From assembly GCA_012295275.1 (NCBI GenBank), contig CM022666.1, positions 4,526,001 to 4,590,000 on the forward strand: DNA of 64,000 bases, read 5' to 3'. Shown piece after piece: positions 30,614 to 41,535 of the stretch. A program made the position numbers and the translations under genes. The first letter of the stretch is position 1. Each line of letters begins with the position of its first letter. Source of the stretch: Chrysomallon squamiferum (lineage: Eukaryota; Animalia; Mollusca). Under the pieces are notes generated by a model. That model had not been told where the DNA came from. It saw nothing but the letters and a program-made list of their open reading frames with translations, and ran no database searches.

Positions 30614-31105
30614 TCTTATAAAACCAAATGTCAAAGAAAAACATCTTAATTGCATTTCTGTGCACGTGCAATATGGTTTTTTACTGAAGCACGTGCAGTA
30701 AAATCACTGTTAAATAACAGATTCAGAATTCCACCTGCAAAATATTATTTATTATTTTTTTTTTTTTTTTTTTTTTCCTAACGGTCTCCGAGATGCACGT
30801 GCATCGAAACATTTACGACACACACACAATTCAACTGCGAGCTTCTCTTAAACTTTTAAACACAAAACATTTACCTTTAATTCTTGCACAATATCCAAAT
30901 ACACAGGCACGTCGCTGTGCGGCAGCTGCAAAACCTTACTGAAAACACGCAAATCCGACGTCATCGAATTTCCGAAAACATTCTGCGGGATACTATCCAA
31001 AGGCTGTGGGCTGGTATCCAAAAAGTCGGTGGCACGCGTGAATCTTGTCACCCAGAGAATCAGAAAGACTTGAACAAAACACCATTTCACCGACGGCTGC
31101 TTCAT
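17326..31105 (-). CDS. Gene A: uncharacterised single-pass type I membrane protein, ~179 aa; complement(join(17326..17336,18513..18657,18877..19029,30875..31105))
   Basis: Spliced translation: MKQPSVKWCFVQVFLILWVTRFTRA (signal) TDFLDTSPQPLDSIPQNVFG...LDIVQELK / VSLVFYEIAAQSPHIVVNLQSSG...TFKLHV / RLNSSSGRFQWEVLPAVCAVFVILLVVFACWYFKTLHGTYRYRVKEPK / DFE*. GT-AG sites, intron phases 0,0,1. Last exon is tentative; extra exons in the 11.8-kb first intron cannot be excluded. Confidence 0.75.
18513..18657 (-). CDS. Gene A exon 3 (transmembrane helix)
   Basis: Acceptor tgtttttcag|, encodes WEVLPAVCAVFVILLVVFACWYF followed by basic residues, donor AAG|GTTAGT (phase 1). Confidence 0.8.
18877..19029 (-). 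CDS. Gene A exon 2 (ectodomain)
   Basis: Acceptor tttttacag|, 153 nt open in phase 0 (VSLVFYEIAAQSPHIVVNLQSSGRHLTDTEKPTLQTESLTSDTSTTFKLHV), donor GTA|GTAAGT. Confidence 0.8.
21130..21860. repeat. Degenerate minisatellite (~28-30-bp units, ~114-bp higher-order repeat)
   Basis: Recurrent GTGTCTGCAAAATACACCACACTGTAAG and AAAATTCATCAAATTTTTAGGTGTC. Confidence 0.85.
25805..26059. mobile_element. Degenerate MITE (PIF/Harbinger-like GGATCCAG termini)
   Basis: Imperfect inverted ends ACTGGGTCAGATCCAG ... CTGGATCCACTCCAGT; similar partial ends at about 8293 and 29505. Confidence 0.45.
30875..31105 (-). CDS. Gene A exon 1 (signal peptide and start of ectodomain)
   Basis: ATG at 31105, 77 codons, hydrophobic N-terminus ending TRA, donor AAG|GTAAAT, lies in a CpG-rich region. 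Confidence 0.8.
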
Positions 31106-32010
31106 GATTAATTAATTTACGTTAGCAAAAAAAACAAAAACAACTCGTGTCTTTAGATTATTATTAAACCACAGCAGTTGATTTAACTTCATAAATTTGC
31201 AGCGACGAAAAGGTACATCGTACGACAGGTACCCCCACAAGCATAAACTAACCGCAGCTATTACAAGTGTTTTCGATATGCGACCCGATACAGTACATTT
31301 GGCTGTTGGGTTAAGTGAACACACTCCCGTTTGTCAACGATATTTTGTAATAGTTTTTCTTTTTAATAAGACGTCAAATTCTAATCAAACCAGATTCAGT
31401 ATAACTATTTCCTACCCTGGTTAATGTTTTTATAACGCTCAAAGGACCGTTTTGTTTGTTACACACGGTAAGATATTGCTACGTTTGCGATAACGTAAGT
31501 TTGACATGTGCGGAGGGAGTGAGGACGGAGTAAGGGAACAGCCGGGTGCCCTCGCTTTCCATTGCGTTACTTATTAGGTGCGTTTAGGAATTTCTGCCAA
31601 AAACGAAGGCTGCAGTTCGCAAATCGTTATCGTGAACGGATATGTCAATGGCGGAATTACCACTAACTTCAGCACCTTATTTTCAGTTCGAATCATTTAC
31701 TTCGTCTTAGCGAAGTTAAAGGTAAGAATTATCGTCTGCTCCGTTGCTTCTTTTTTTTTTTTTTTTTTCTACTTTGGGTCATGGCACGTTCTGCCTGTCA
31801 AATATACTGCGTGCTGTGTATGTTGACGTTGGGAGACAAAAACAAAAAAAAAGCGCTGTGTAATATGGAAGTTTATCTGTCTGTTATTCATAAGCAATCA
31901 GAAGTATCGAATATCAGGCGATAAATAAAGGACCATTGAATACGAAGACGTTATTGTATTGCTGTTATCACTTTTAAAGATGTCCCAGCTGAAAGACATT
32001 TCAGGTAGAT
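31106..32010. promoter_or_regulatory. CpG-rich bidirectional promoter / 5' UTR region between gene A (-) and genes B/C (+)
   Basis: High CpG density and little simple repeat compared with the flanks. Lies between divergent ATGs. Plus-strand donor-like sites: ACG|GTAAGA (31467), AAC|GTAAGT (31494), AAG|GTAAGA (31721), CAG|GTAGAT (32004). Confidence 0.7.
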
Positions 32011-32139
32011 TTTGTGTTTTAAATTCCTCTAATTAGTTATAAAATAATTTGTTTGTGTATTTTATTAAATATAATTATCGTTACAACGTTTTTCAAGAAA
32101 TGTTAAAGGTTTTGTCATTAATCATTATCACTGTTTTTG

Positions 32140-32900
32140 TTCTATAATAGAGTGACATGTACGTAATAGTTTATATGACATGGTACCATGCATTTACCAG
32201 TAATGCAGTACTGTACCAGATATAAAATTATTTATCATAATACAATTTATATGTCACAGTACCATGTATATATCAGTTATTTGACATTGTACCATATGTA
32301 TAGCAGTTATATGATATGTACCATGTATATATATATATGACATTGTACCATATATATACCGGTTATATGTGCATTTATATACAACTTATATGACACTGTA
32401 TCATGTATTTGCAAATAATATATAACACAGGTTCACATAGTTATGTGTCATAGTATTTGCAGTTATATCACATTGTATGATGTACCATTTATATGACATT
32501 GTACCATGTAAATACCAGTCAGATGACACATTACCATAAATATACAAATTATATGACACTGTGAAATAAACAAACCAGATATATGACATAATATGACAGT
32601 TATGTGACACAGTTATGATGTCATGTATAGACTAGATTTAGGACATAGTGCCATATAGATACAAGCCATATGATATACATACAAGCTATGTGAAATAGTA
32701 CCATGTATATATGAATTACATGACAAAATATCATGTATATATTCATTTATGACATAGTCCAGTATGTGTATCAGTTATATCATATAGTACCATGTATATA
32801 TTAGTTTGATGAGTACCATGTCTATGTATATATCAGCTGTATGGCACAGTATTGTGAATGTCAATCATATCATACAGCATAATATATACCCACTGATTTT
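32140..32900. repeat. Degenerate ~30-bp minisatellite
   Basis: Recurrent TATATGACATTGTACCATGTATATATCAG-like units. Confidence 0.75.
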
Positions 32901-33935
32901 AATGTCACATGGCTGATAAGTTTATGCAGTAAATCTTCAAAAGGTAAATCTGATTGTAATAATTTATGGTTCGTGACGACAAACTTAATGTTATATAAAT
33001 TCAGATTAGATTTCTAGTGAGCTGAATTAATATAGTGACTGTTTTATTTTCTAAATACAGAGAAATTAAATTAGCAACTGTCTGTCAAAGTTAAATGGTT
33101 TCTGTTAGATATTCTTAACAAAGAAAGACAATGACTAACAAAATAAATAAATATGTAAATCACAATAACAATAATACTAATATTAAAATATTTTAAATTA
33201 AATTATTATTATTATTATTATTATTATATTTACAAAAACAAATGGTAACATGGTTAGTTGTGGGAATTAATTTGGTGAACTGCAGCCTTTATTTGTACTA
33301 ACTTTTTTTTTATCATATTCATACCTTCTGTTCTTTAATGTTATCAAATGCATTTAAAAGGAAAAAAAAAAAAAAAAGAGAATAGAAATAAATAGAAAAG
33401 AAACAAAAATGGTAACATTATTATCTTTGGGAATTAATTAGCAGAAGTGCACCCCTTATCACAAAAATAATCCTTTACTTATTGCAGTAAGCATGCAGAT
33501 TCTGGGAATTTATTTAATATAAATAAGATTACCTGTAATTACCTGTCTCAGATTGTCACCTGGACCCCCCCATAGAGCTTTTAGATCTGCAGGTAGTAAA
33601 CTCATGAATTACCTGGAATACACAGACACATTGGTAACTGAGTTAAATCAAGGGCAAGAACTAATACAGAGTTTCCATTGTTTGGACATTTTGTCGACAA
33701 GGACAGTAACATTAATATTTATAAAGCCTGTTTATCCTCTGTGTATCCTAATGTGATTATAAACATTATGACAGTATGATTTATACACAGGGCAGGCACT
33801 GAGGCAATGAATAATAACCTTAAAAAAAACACAACAACAAAAAAAGGAACAAAAAAATTATAATAATAAAAAACAAGAACAAAAAAATAAAAATAAAATA
33901 AATAATTAAATATGTTAAAATATGTATATCTGTAT

Positions 33936-34050
<115 letters not shown>

Positions 34051-34377
34051 TACATATATATATATGTATATGTAGATATATGAGTAGTAACTATTACCGC
34101 TAGAAATATTCAAATTTTAATATGAAAATATGCTGCTAAATAAAAACAAATATAAAAATGTGTTTATTCTAAATACCATTTATCAGAAGTTTTTGATATC
34201 CAAAAGCAAAACAGAACATGAAGAAGTATTCTATATGATCTGGCAACAATGAACCAATGTTAGACACTGGATTATTCATCAGATTATGTTTTTTGACTAA
34301 TTTTATTTTATTAATGTAATTTTCAGATGACCGACCCACACTTTGTGTTGCAAGGAATATGAAGCAGTGACAGAAAC

Positions 34378-34536
34378 ATGAACTGCAGGTTATTTTGGAT
34401 AGGACTTATTCTTCTGCTTGTTCAGAACTGTCATGGAAACCAAGGGCCAGCATCTCATCTGTTGCTACTGGATACACTTCCTGATGGGATTTCCTCCAGT
34501 TGGGGAGCACCGTTGGTTATCAGAACAAATTATACT
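34378..34536 (+). CDS. Gene B first coding exon (exon begins at 34327)
   Basis: Acceptor tttcag| at 34326, context aacATG, signal peptide, donor ACT|GTAAGT. Confidence 0.85.
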
Positions 34537-34681
34537 GTAAGTAAAATTAAATTTAAAAAAAAAAAAAAAATGTTCTTTATTTTAGATGCTGATTAAATAA
34601 TAATAATAATAATAATAATGTTTAAATTTGTAATCTATGGAAAATAGTTAAAATTAGATTTTTCTGATAAATTGAAAAATA

Positions 34682-34714
<33 letters not shown>

Positions 34715-37022
34715 TCTGTTACTACTACTATTGCTGCTACTACTACTACCACCACCATGACCACCATGGCAACCAAAACTATTACTACTACTTCTATTAC
34801 CATACTATTCTATTACTGTCATTACTTAGCAGTAGTAATAATAGTAGTACCAATAGCAGTGTATATGTATGTATGTATGTATATATGTATGTATTTTATT
34901 TTAAAATGAAAAGATATTAAAATGTCACCACTATTAACAATTTTAACAACAATTAACAGCCTAATATCATTATTTATAACACTTTTATTCATTTATATAA
35001 CCCTTCTTCAGAGACAAAGTGCCCATTAAAATTTTCTCCTTGTTCAATCTGATACTATGTCACCTGTCAGATTTAAATTATTTATAAGCTGACAGTGCCC
35101 CTTTAAATTGTTGTTTAGTTAGCTTCATTTTGGCATAAGCTGATAAACACCCTTCAAGTTTCTGGTAACTAATATACAGGCAATGTTTCTTAGAAAATAT
35201 TTAGTTTTATCAGTCAAAATATAGTAGTGAAGAGAGTGCTGCTTTAAGAATTGTTTTGTTTTTTCAGTTTGATGTTGTTTTGAAGCTAAGATAATCCATT
35301 TAAATTTTAAATTTCATATTTATTTACTTGGCATTAGTTATAAGCTATTAGTGTCCTTTTTAAATGTCATTTATTATCTTCAGTTTTAACTAGAAACTGA
35401 TACTACCCTATACATTTCTTGTTTATCTGTTTGAATTTATATTTTCCATTCATTATCTTGATTGTAACTAAAAACATATAGCGCCCCTTTAAATTTCTGG
35501 TTCACCAGTTCCATTTTAAAAGATTTCATTTATTATCTTGATTTGTAATTAAAAACTGTTAGTGATTCTTTAAACTTCTAGTTCACCAGTTTAAATAAAA
35601 ACTGTTCGTTTGTGATCTTGATTTTAGTTACAATCTGACAGTGGCCCTTTAAATTTCTGGTCTGTTGACTTGAATGTTTTTTTCATGGATACTGAATATG
35701 CACTTGTCACCAAGGTGGTAATCTTTGGGGGTTTTATCTAGGTAATGATAGGGTCTGCAAAAAAAAAAAGATGAAATGAAATGGGAAGTGATGCATGGAA
35801 GAATCCCATGGAAAGAAAATTATGTTATTTTGTGTTATGGACTGGGATGAGCAATGAACATAAAGACTTTGATTTTATTCTGTGTGTGTGTGTGTGTGTG
35901 TGTGTTGTGTGTGTTTTTCAAGGTATAGTTTTATGTGTGTGTATATTTGAGTTTGTGTTTGTATATATATATATATATATAAGTTAGTGTGTCTATATAT
36001 ATGTTAGTGTGTCAGTGTATATGAGTTAGAGTGTATATGAGTTTGTGTTTATAGTTATATATATATATGAGCTGGTGTCTATGTATATGAGTTTGTATAT
36101 GTGTGAGTTTCTGTGTATATGTATGTGAGTTAGTGTGTCTATGTATATGAGTTTATGTGTGTATATATATGAGTTTATGTGTGTATATATATGAGTTTGA
36201 GTGAATATGTATATACGTGTGTGTTTATGCATATTTATATCTGTACATGGCTAGTTTTGTTTGTGTGTGCATATCTGTATCTTTGTATATATTTATATGT
36301 GTGTACATATTGTATGTATGTGTATGTATGTCTGTATGTATTTGAGTGTGTGTATATTAATGTGTATATGTGTATATCTATATACAATATGTGAATGTGT
36401 GTGTGTGTGTGTAGTTTATATGTATATGTGTGTGTATGCATGTTTGTATGTATATGTGTGTGTGTGTTTATTTTTACATATGTATGTGTGTCATTATTTA
36501 TGAAAGAAATGTATACACATATGCTTGTGTAAACTTATTCATTTACAAATCTGTGTCAGTCTGTCTCTTTATCTGTTATTTATGTCTGTTGCATATCCAT
36601 CCATCCATACATCTTAACTGTTTTCTTCATTTCAAAACATAATCCATGAAAATGGCTAACAAATTTCTGGGGCTTTTGCAAACAAATTCCTATTCTTCCA
36701 TACATATTTAACATCAACACTACACAACAATGCAGTACTCAGCTTTAATCACAAGTACAAATCTAAAATCTTGTCTTCGTGGCAGACAGTGAACAAGGGA
36801 ACAAAGCTTGTACAAATGGTTGCCGTTTGCTCTGTGCATTTTTCTACCAATCCCATAATCCTTTATGTTTGTAAGGGATCATGGGATACATGCTGGACAC
36901 ACTTTTTTGGTTGGGGAAAGGTGAATTCCAAACATCTTCACTTGATCAAATCCATGGTGTTTTTTTATTTTTTATTACTGGATAAAAAATATAAATTTTT
37001 TGAAATGTTTTTATTTATTTAT

Positions 37023-37059
<37 letters not shown>

Positions 37060-37139
37060 TAATAATAATAACAATAACAATAACAGTAAACAGCAATGCT
37101 TCAGTCAGCTTTTATCATAAACACAAATTATTATTATTA

Positions 37140-37174
<35 letters not shown>

Positions 37175-39087
37175 TATTTATTTATTCATTTATAATTGTT
37201 GTTGTTGTTAATCATGAATATATGAGACAGAGATATGAGGGTGCAATGGCTCCTTTGCTATTCTGATATTAGAAATAATCACTGTTTCTTGTGCAGGTCT
37301 GGACAATGGAACATGCTGTTGGTTATCACTCGTATGTCACACTAACATTAAAAACACTGAGAATCTGTCTTTTGTAAAACTGAGAAGAATGGCAAAAATG
37401 CACTTGTCAGCTATTTCAGTGAACATTTAAAAAACAACTGTACAATCTTATTTTTTGTTATTTGTGCTTTCTTCTGCATTGTCAAGAAAATATTTATTTT
37501 ACAAAACTGTTAACTTAATTGAGGAAGATCAGTACTCCTTATTATTCCTTCTAGAACATTTCCCATGCTTGCAACTGCTCCATTTGTTGTTTTTAAAAGT
37601 ATGTGCTTTCCTGTCAATGAGAAGGTAGATACAGAATATCTCTTTCTGCTAACCAGAAAAAGAGCAACCATCCTATTATGGCAAACTCTTGCTTTCTTCT
37701 TTCATTTTCTCTGTGACTATTAACAATGTGTATTACATACATAGAAAGAAAGATTAAAAAATATGTTGTGTTGTTAAACAAAAAAAAAGATCATTCCTTC
37801 TCAGGTTTTGAAATATCAGTTAGAGTTTCTTTAAAACACATCATGATTTAAAATCTATGTCTTATGTTGATATTATAAACTATCATTATAATCACCTGAT
37901 ATTAGCATGCAGGTAATATTTTCTGTAAAACATATCTGTAATAAGGGTAATTCTTATATTAATCAAAAAGAGAAATTGTAACTGAAATATTTGATAAACA
38001 TCAAGTATTTTCTAAAAACAAGTTTATATTAAGGGTAATCCCTATGTTGATATGATTAAGTATTATTATAATCACTTGATAAACTAAATATTATCTAAAA
38101 AAAGGAGGTGTCAAGGAGAGATACTTTTGTAATTGCTTAACAAGTAGATTGATAACATTTTCTGAAAACAAGTCTGTATTAAATATGAGAGAGATTGATA
38201 TTATTTTCAAAAAACAAATCTATATTAAATATGAGATACATTTTCATAATTATTTAACCAGCAAGACTGATAGCATTTTCTAAAAACAAGTCTTTATTAA
38301 AGTCAAGCTCAATACAAATACGAGAAGTATTTATATAATTACTTATTCATATTTTTCTGTAAGCTGCTCACTATTTAAAAGTTGTTTTACAGCTCTAATT
38401 TTACACAGACAAAGCTAACTCCTAGTGTGCAAGCAGAGGGAACACTGATAAATTTTTGAGATAAGATTTTCTATAAGAGAAGTCATGGTTTATGGTCCTG
38501 GTCATGTACCGATTGTGTTCTCTAACTCTGTTTGTCTCTTCTCTTGGCAAGACAAGTTAAGTGCTCTTCAGTTGGGCTGTTGTGGGTTCAAATCCTGAGT
38601 TAATTCGCTGGAATAGTAATGAGTACAGGCAAACACGTGAATAAGGTGAGGAACTGAAATGACATCAGATTAAATGGGACGGTCAATAAATCGTTAAAGT
38701 TTTGGCAAATATTTATACTAGATTATAGTGGCAGGTTAGAGAGTGAGTGAGTCAGTGAGAGATAGAGAGACAGAAAGAGATAGAGAGACAGAAATAGAGC
38801 AGGGAAATAAAGAGAGGAAGACACACATAGAGAGATATGGAGGGAGAGGGGGAGGGAGGTATAGGGAAAGAAAATATACAGAGAAAAATGGAGAGAGAGA
38901 TATAAAAGACAGAAAGAAAAAAGTGACTTAGAGTAGGAGAATTTGTGAGAAAGAGAGAATGAAGGAAGAACAAATGTATTTAATCCCACTGTCAATACAT
39001 TTTGTATGATGTCTCACACACACACACACACACACGCACACACACACACTTTTTAATATGTGTGTGTGTGTATCTTTATATATGTGT

Positions 39088-39125
<38 letters not shown>

Positions 39126-40123
39126 TTAAAGATAACCCATCACTGCCATGTGATTGACTGTTTTTTGATTAGCAGAAAGGAATCTTTCATATCTACCTTC
39201 CCATAAACATGGAAGCACATACCACAGCACATGATTTACTACTAGTGAGGCATCTTCCTTTCTTCACTCCTACCTTCCATTTGTTTATTTCTTCCTTCTG
39301 TCTTATTTTTAATTCATCCATACATCCTTCATTTCTTCTTTGTATCATCTAGCCATCATTTGTTTCTTTCATCTGCATTTCTTTTACTCATTCTTCTGTC
39401 TTTTCTTTCCTTCGTCACCTTTATTTCTTTCATATTTTATCTTTTAACAATACATTCATTCTTCTTTTCATCCTAAATCCATTTTTATTTTTGTCCATTT
39501 TTGTCTTTATTTATTTACACCTTCTTCACTCACACACTACATTCTTCATTCTGTAATTCTTATTTATTTTCTTATTTATTTATCTTTTTATTTATTTATT
39601 TGTTTACTTACTTATTTACTTATTCATTTTCTTACTTCCTTATTTACTTATTTATTTACTTATTTATTTACTTATTTTTTATTTATTTATTTATTTACTT
39701 ACTTACTTATTTATTTTCTTACTTCCTTATTTACTTATTTATTTATTTATTTACTTACTTATTTCTTTACTTATTTATTTATTTACTTACTTATTTATTT
39801 ACTTATTGTTTTATTTATTTATTTTCTTATTTATATAGTTATTTGTTTACTTACTTATTTATTTATTTTTTTATTTATTATGTATTTATTTATTTACTTA
39901 TTTACTTATTTATTTTATTTTTTTATTTTCTTATTTATATATTTAGTTACTTATTTACTTATTTTTTTATTTATTTATTATTTATTTACTTATTTACTTA
40001 TTTATTTTATTTATTTATTTTCTTACTTATTTACCTACAAATGTATTTACTTACTGATTTACTTATTTACTTACATACTTACTTACTAACATATTTACTT
40101 ACTTACTTACTTACTTACTAACA

Positions 40124-40163
<40 letters not shown>

Positions 40164-40933
40164 AACATATTTACTTACCTACTTGCAGGGAGCAGTGTTT
40201 CTGCAGCACTCGGATCAGCTGAAGGTGGTTGTGAATATTTCTGCTCCAACTCTAAAAGAAGCGTACACAGTGCAAGCAGACCTGATAAACCACGACAACA
40301 CACTTTTACTACAAGTGGTAAGTACACACAAGTTACTCTTTTTTAATTCTTTTCTTATCTTCAGAGTTATCACTTACGAGTTTAATTCGTTCCAAACTAA
40401 TATCTCAATTTGCTCGTATATAAAATCAATTTTCCTAACTGAAATTAATTAAAATACCATTAATCTGTTCCAGCCCCCCAAAAACCATCCCAGTTTTTTA
40501 ATTTTTTTTTTTTTTTTGTAACATGATTTTAAATAAGAAAAATGTATTTATAAATGACAAATATTGTATAAAAAAAAAAAAAAAAAAAGAATGTAAAGAA
40601 ATAAATTAGTTTTGTAAAGTGTATTTTTCTTGGAGATCAGACAAATTATATTAACTCCTTTGGCTGGAGTTACAGTCTTTATCGACTCCTTCTGCTTCAG
40701 TATGGTACATATCTTAGAAGTACTACGCTCGTACTGTCTAGCCAAGTCAACTACATGCACACCTCACTTATGTTTTTATATGATTTCATGCTTTAATTCA
40801 ATGGACATCATCAGCTTCTTCTTCTCAGCACATTCCTTTGCACTTGCTTTCTTAGGATCCATGGCAAGATCATTGTTGTTGTTATTATTATTATTATTAT
40901 TATTTTATTTATTTATTTATTTATTTATTTAGT

Positions 40934-40964
<31 letters not shown>

Positions 40965-41045
40965 TTTGTTTGTTTGTTTGTTTGTTTGTTTGTTTGTTTG
41001 TTTATTTATTTATGTATTTGTTTATTTATTTATTTATTGATATAT

Positions 41046-41124
<79 letters not shown>

Positions 41125-41503
41125 TTTGTTTTCCAGTATGAAAAACCACCATCAAGCCCAGCCATCATTGGCCTCAGATGGCTTCTCATCGGCATCGCCG
41201 TAGCGACGCTGCTGGTGATGCTGTGCGCCATGCTGTACGGCGTGTACTGGTACAAGTCGAAGAGGTCGTTCTACGACCTCGCTGAGAGGAAGAGCTGTGC
41301 CAGCAGCAGCCAGCACGGCCTCTACAGGTCACGCAACAGCATGCACCTCGCCGTGCAGCATGGCGACCTCGTCATGATGCCGGATCGCGAGGAGGCAGAC
41401 AACATCCACAATGATGACACCCTCAAGCAAGTGCCCGAGATGCTGGAAGAGGAAGAGGCTGAAGCTTTGGAAATGGTGGGTGGATTTTAATACAGAATAT
41501 ATT

Positions 41504-41535
<32 letters not shown>

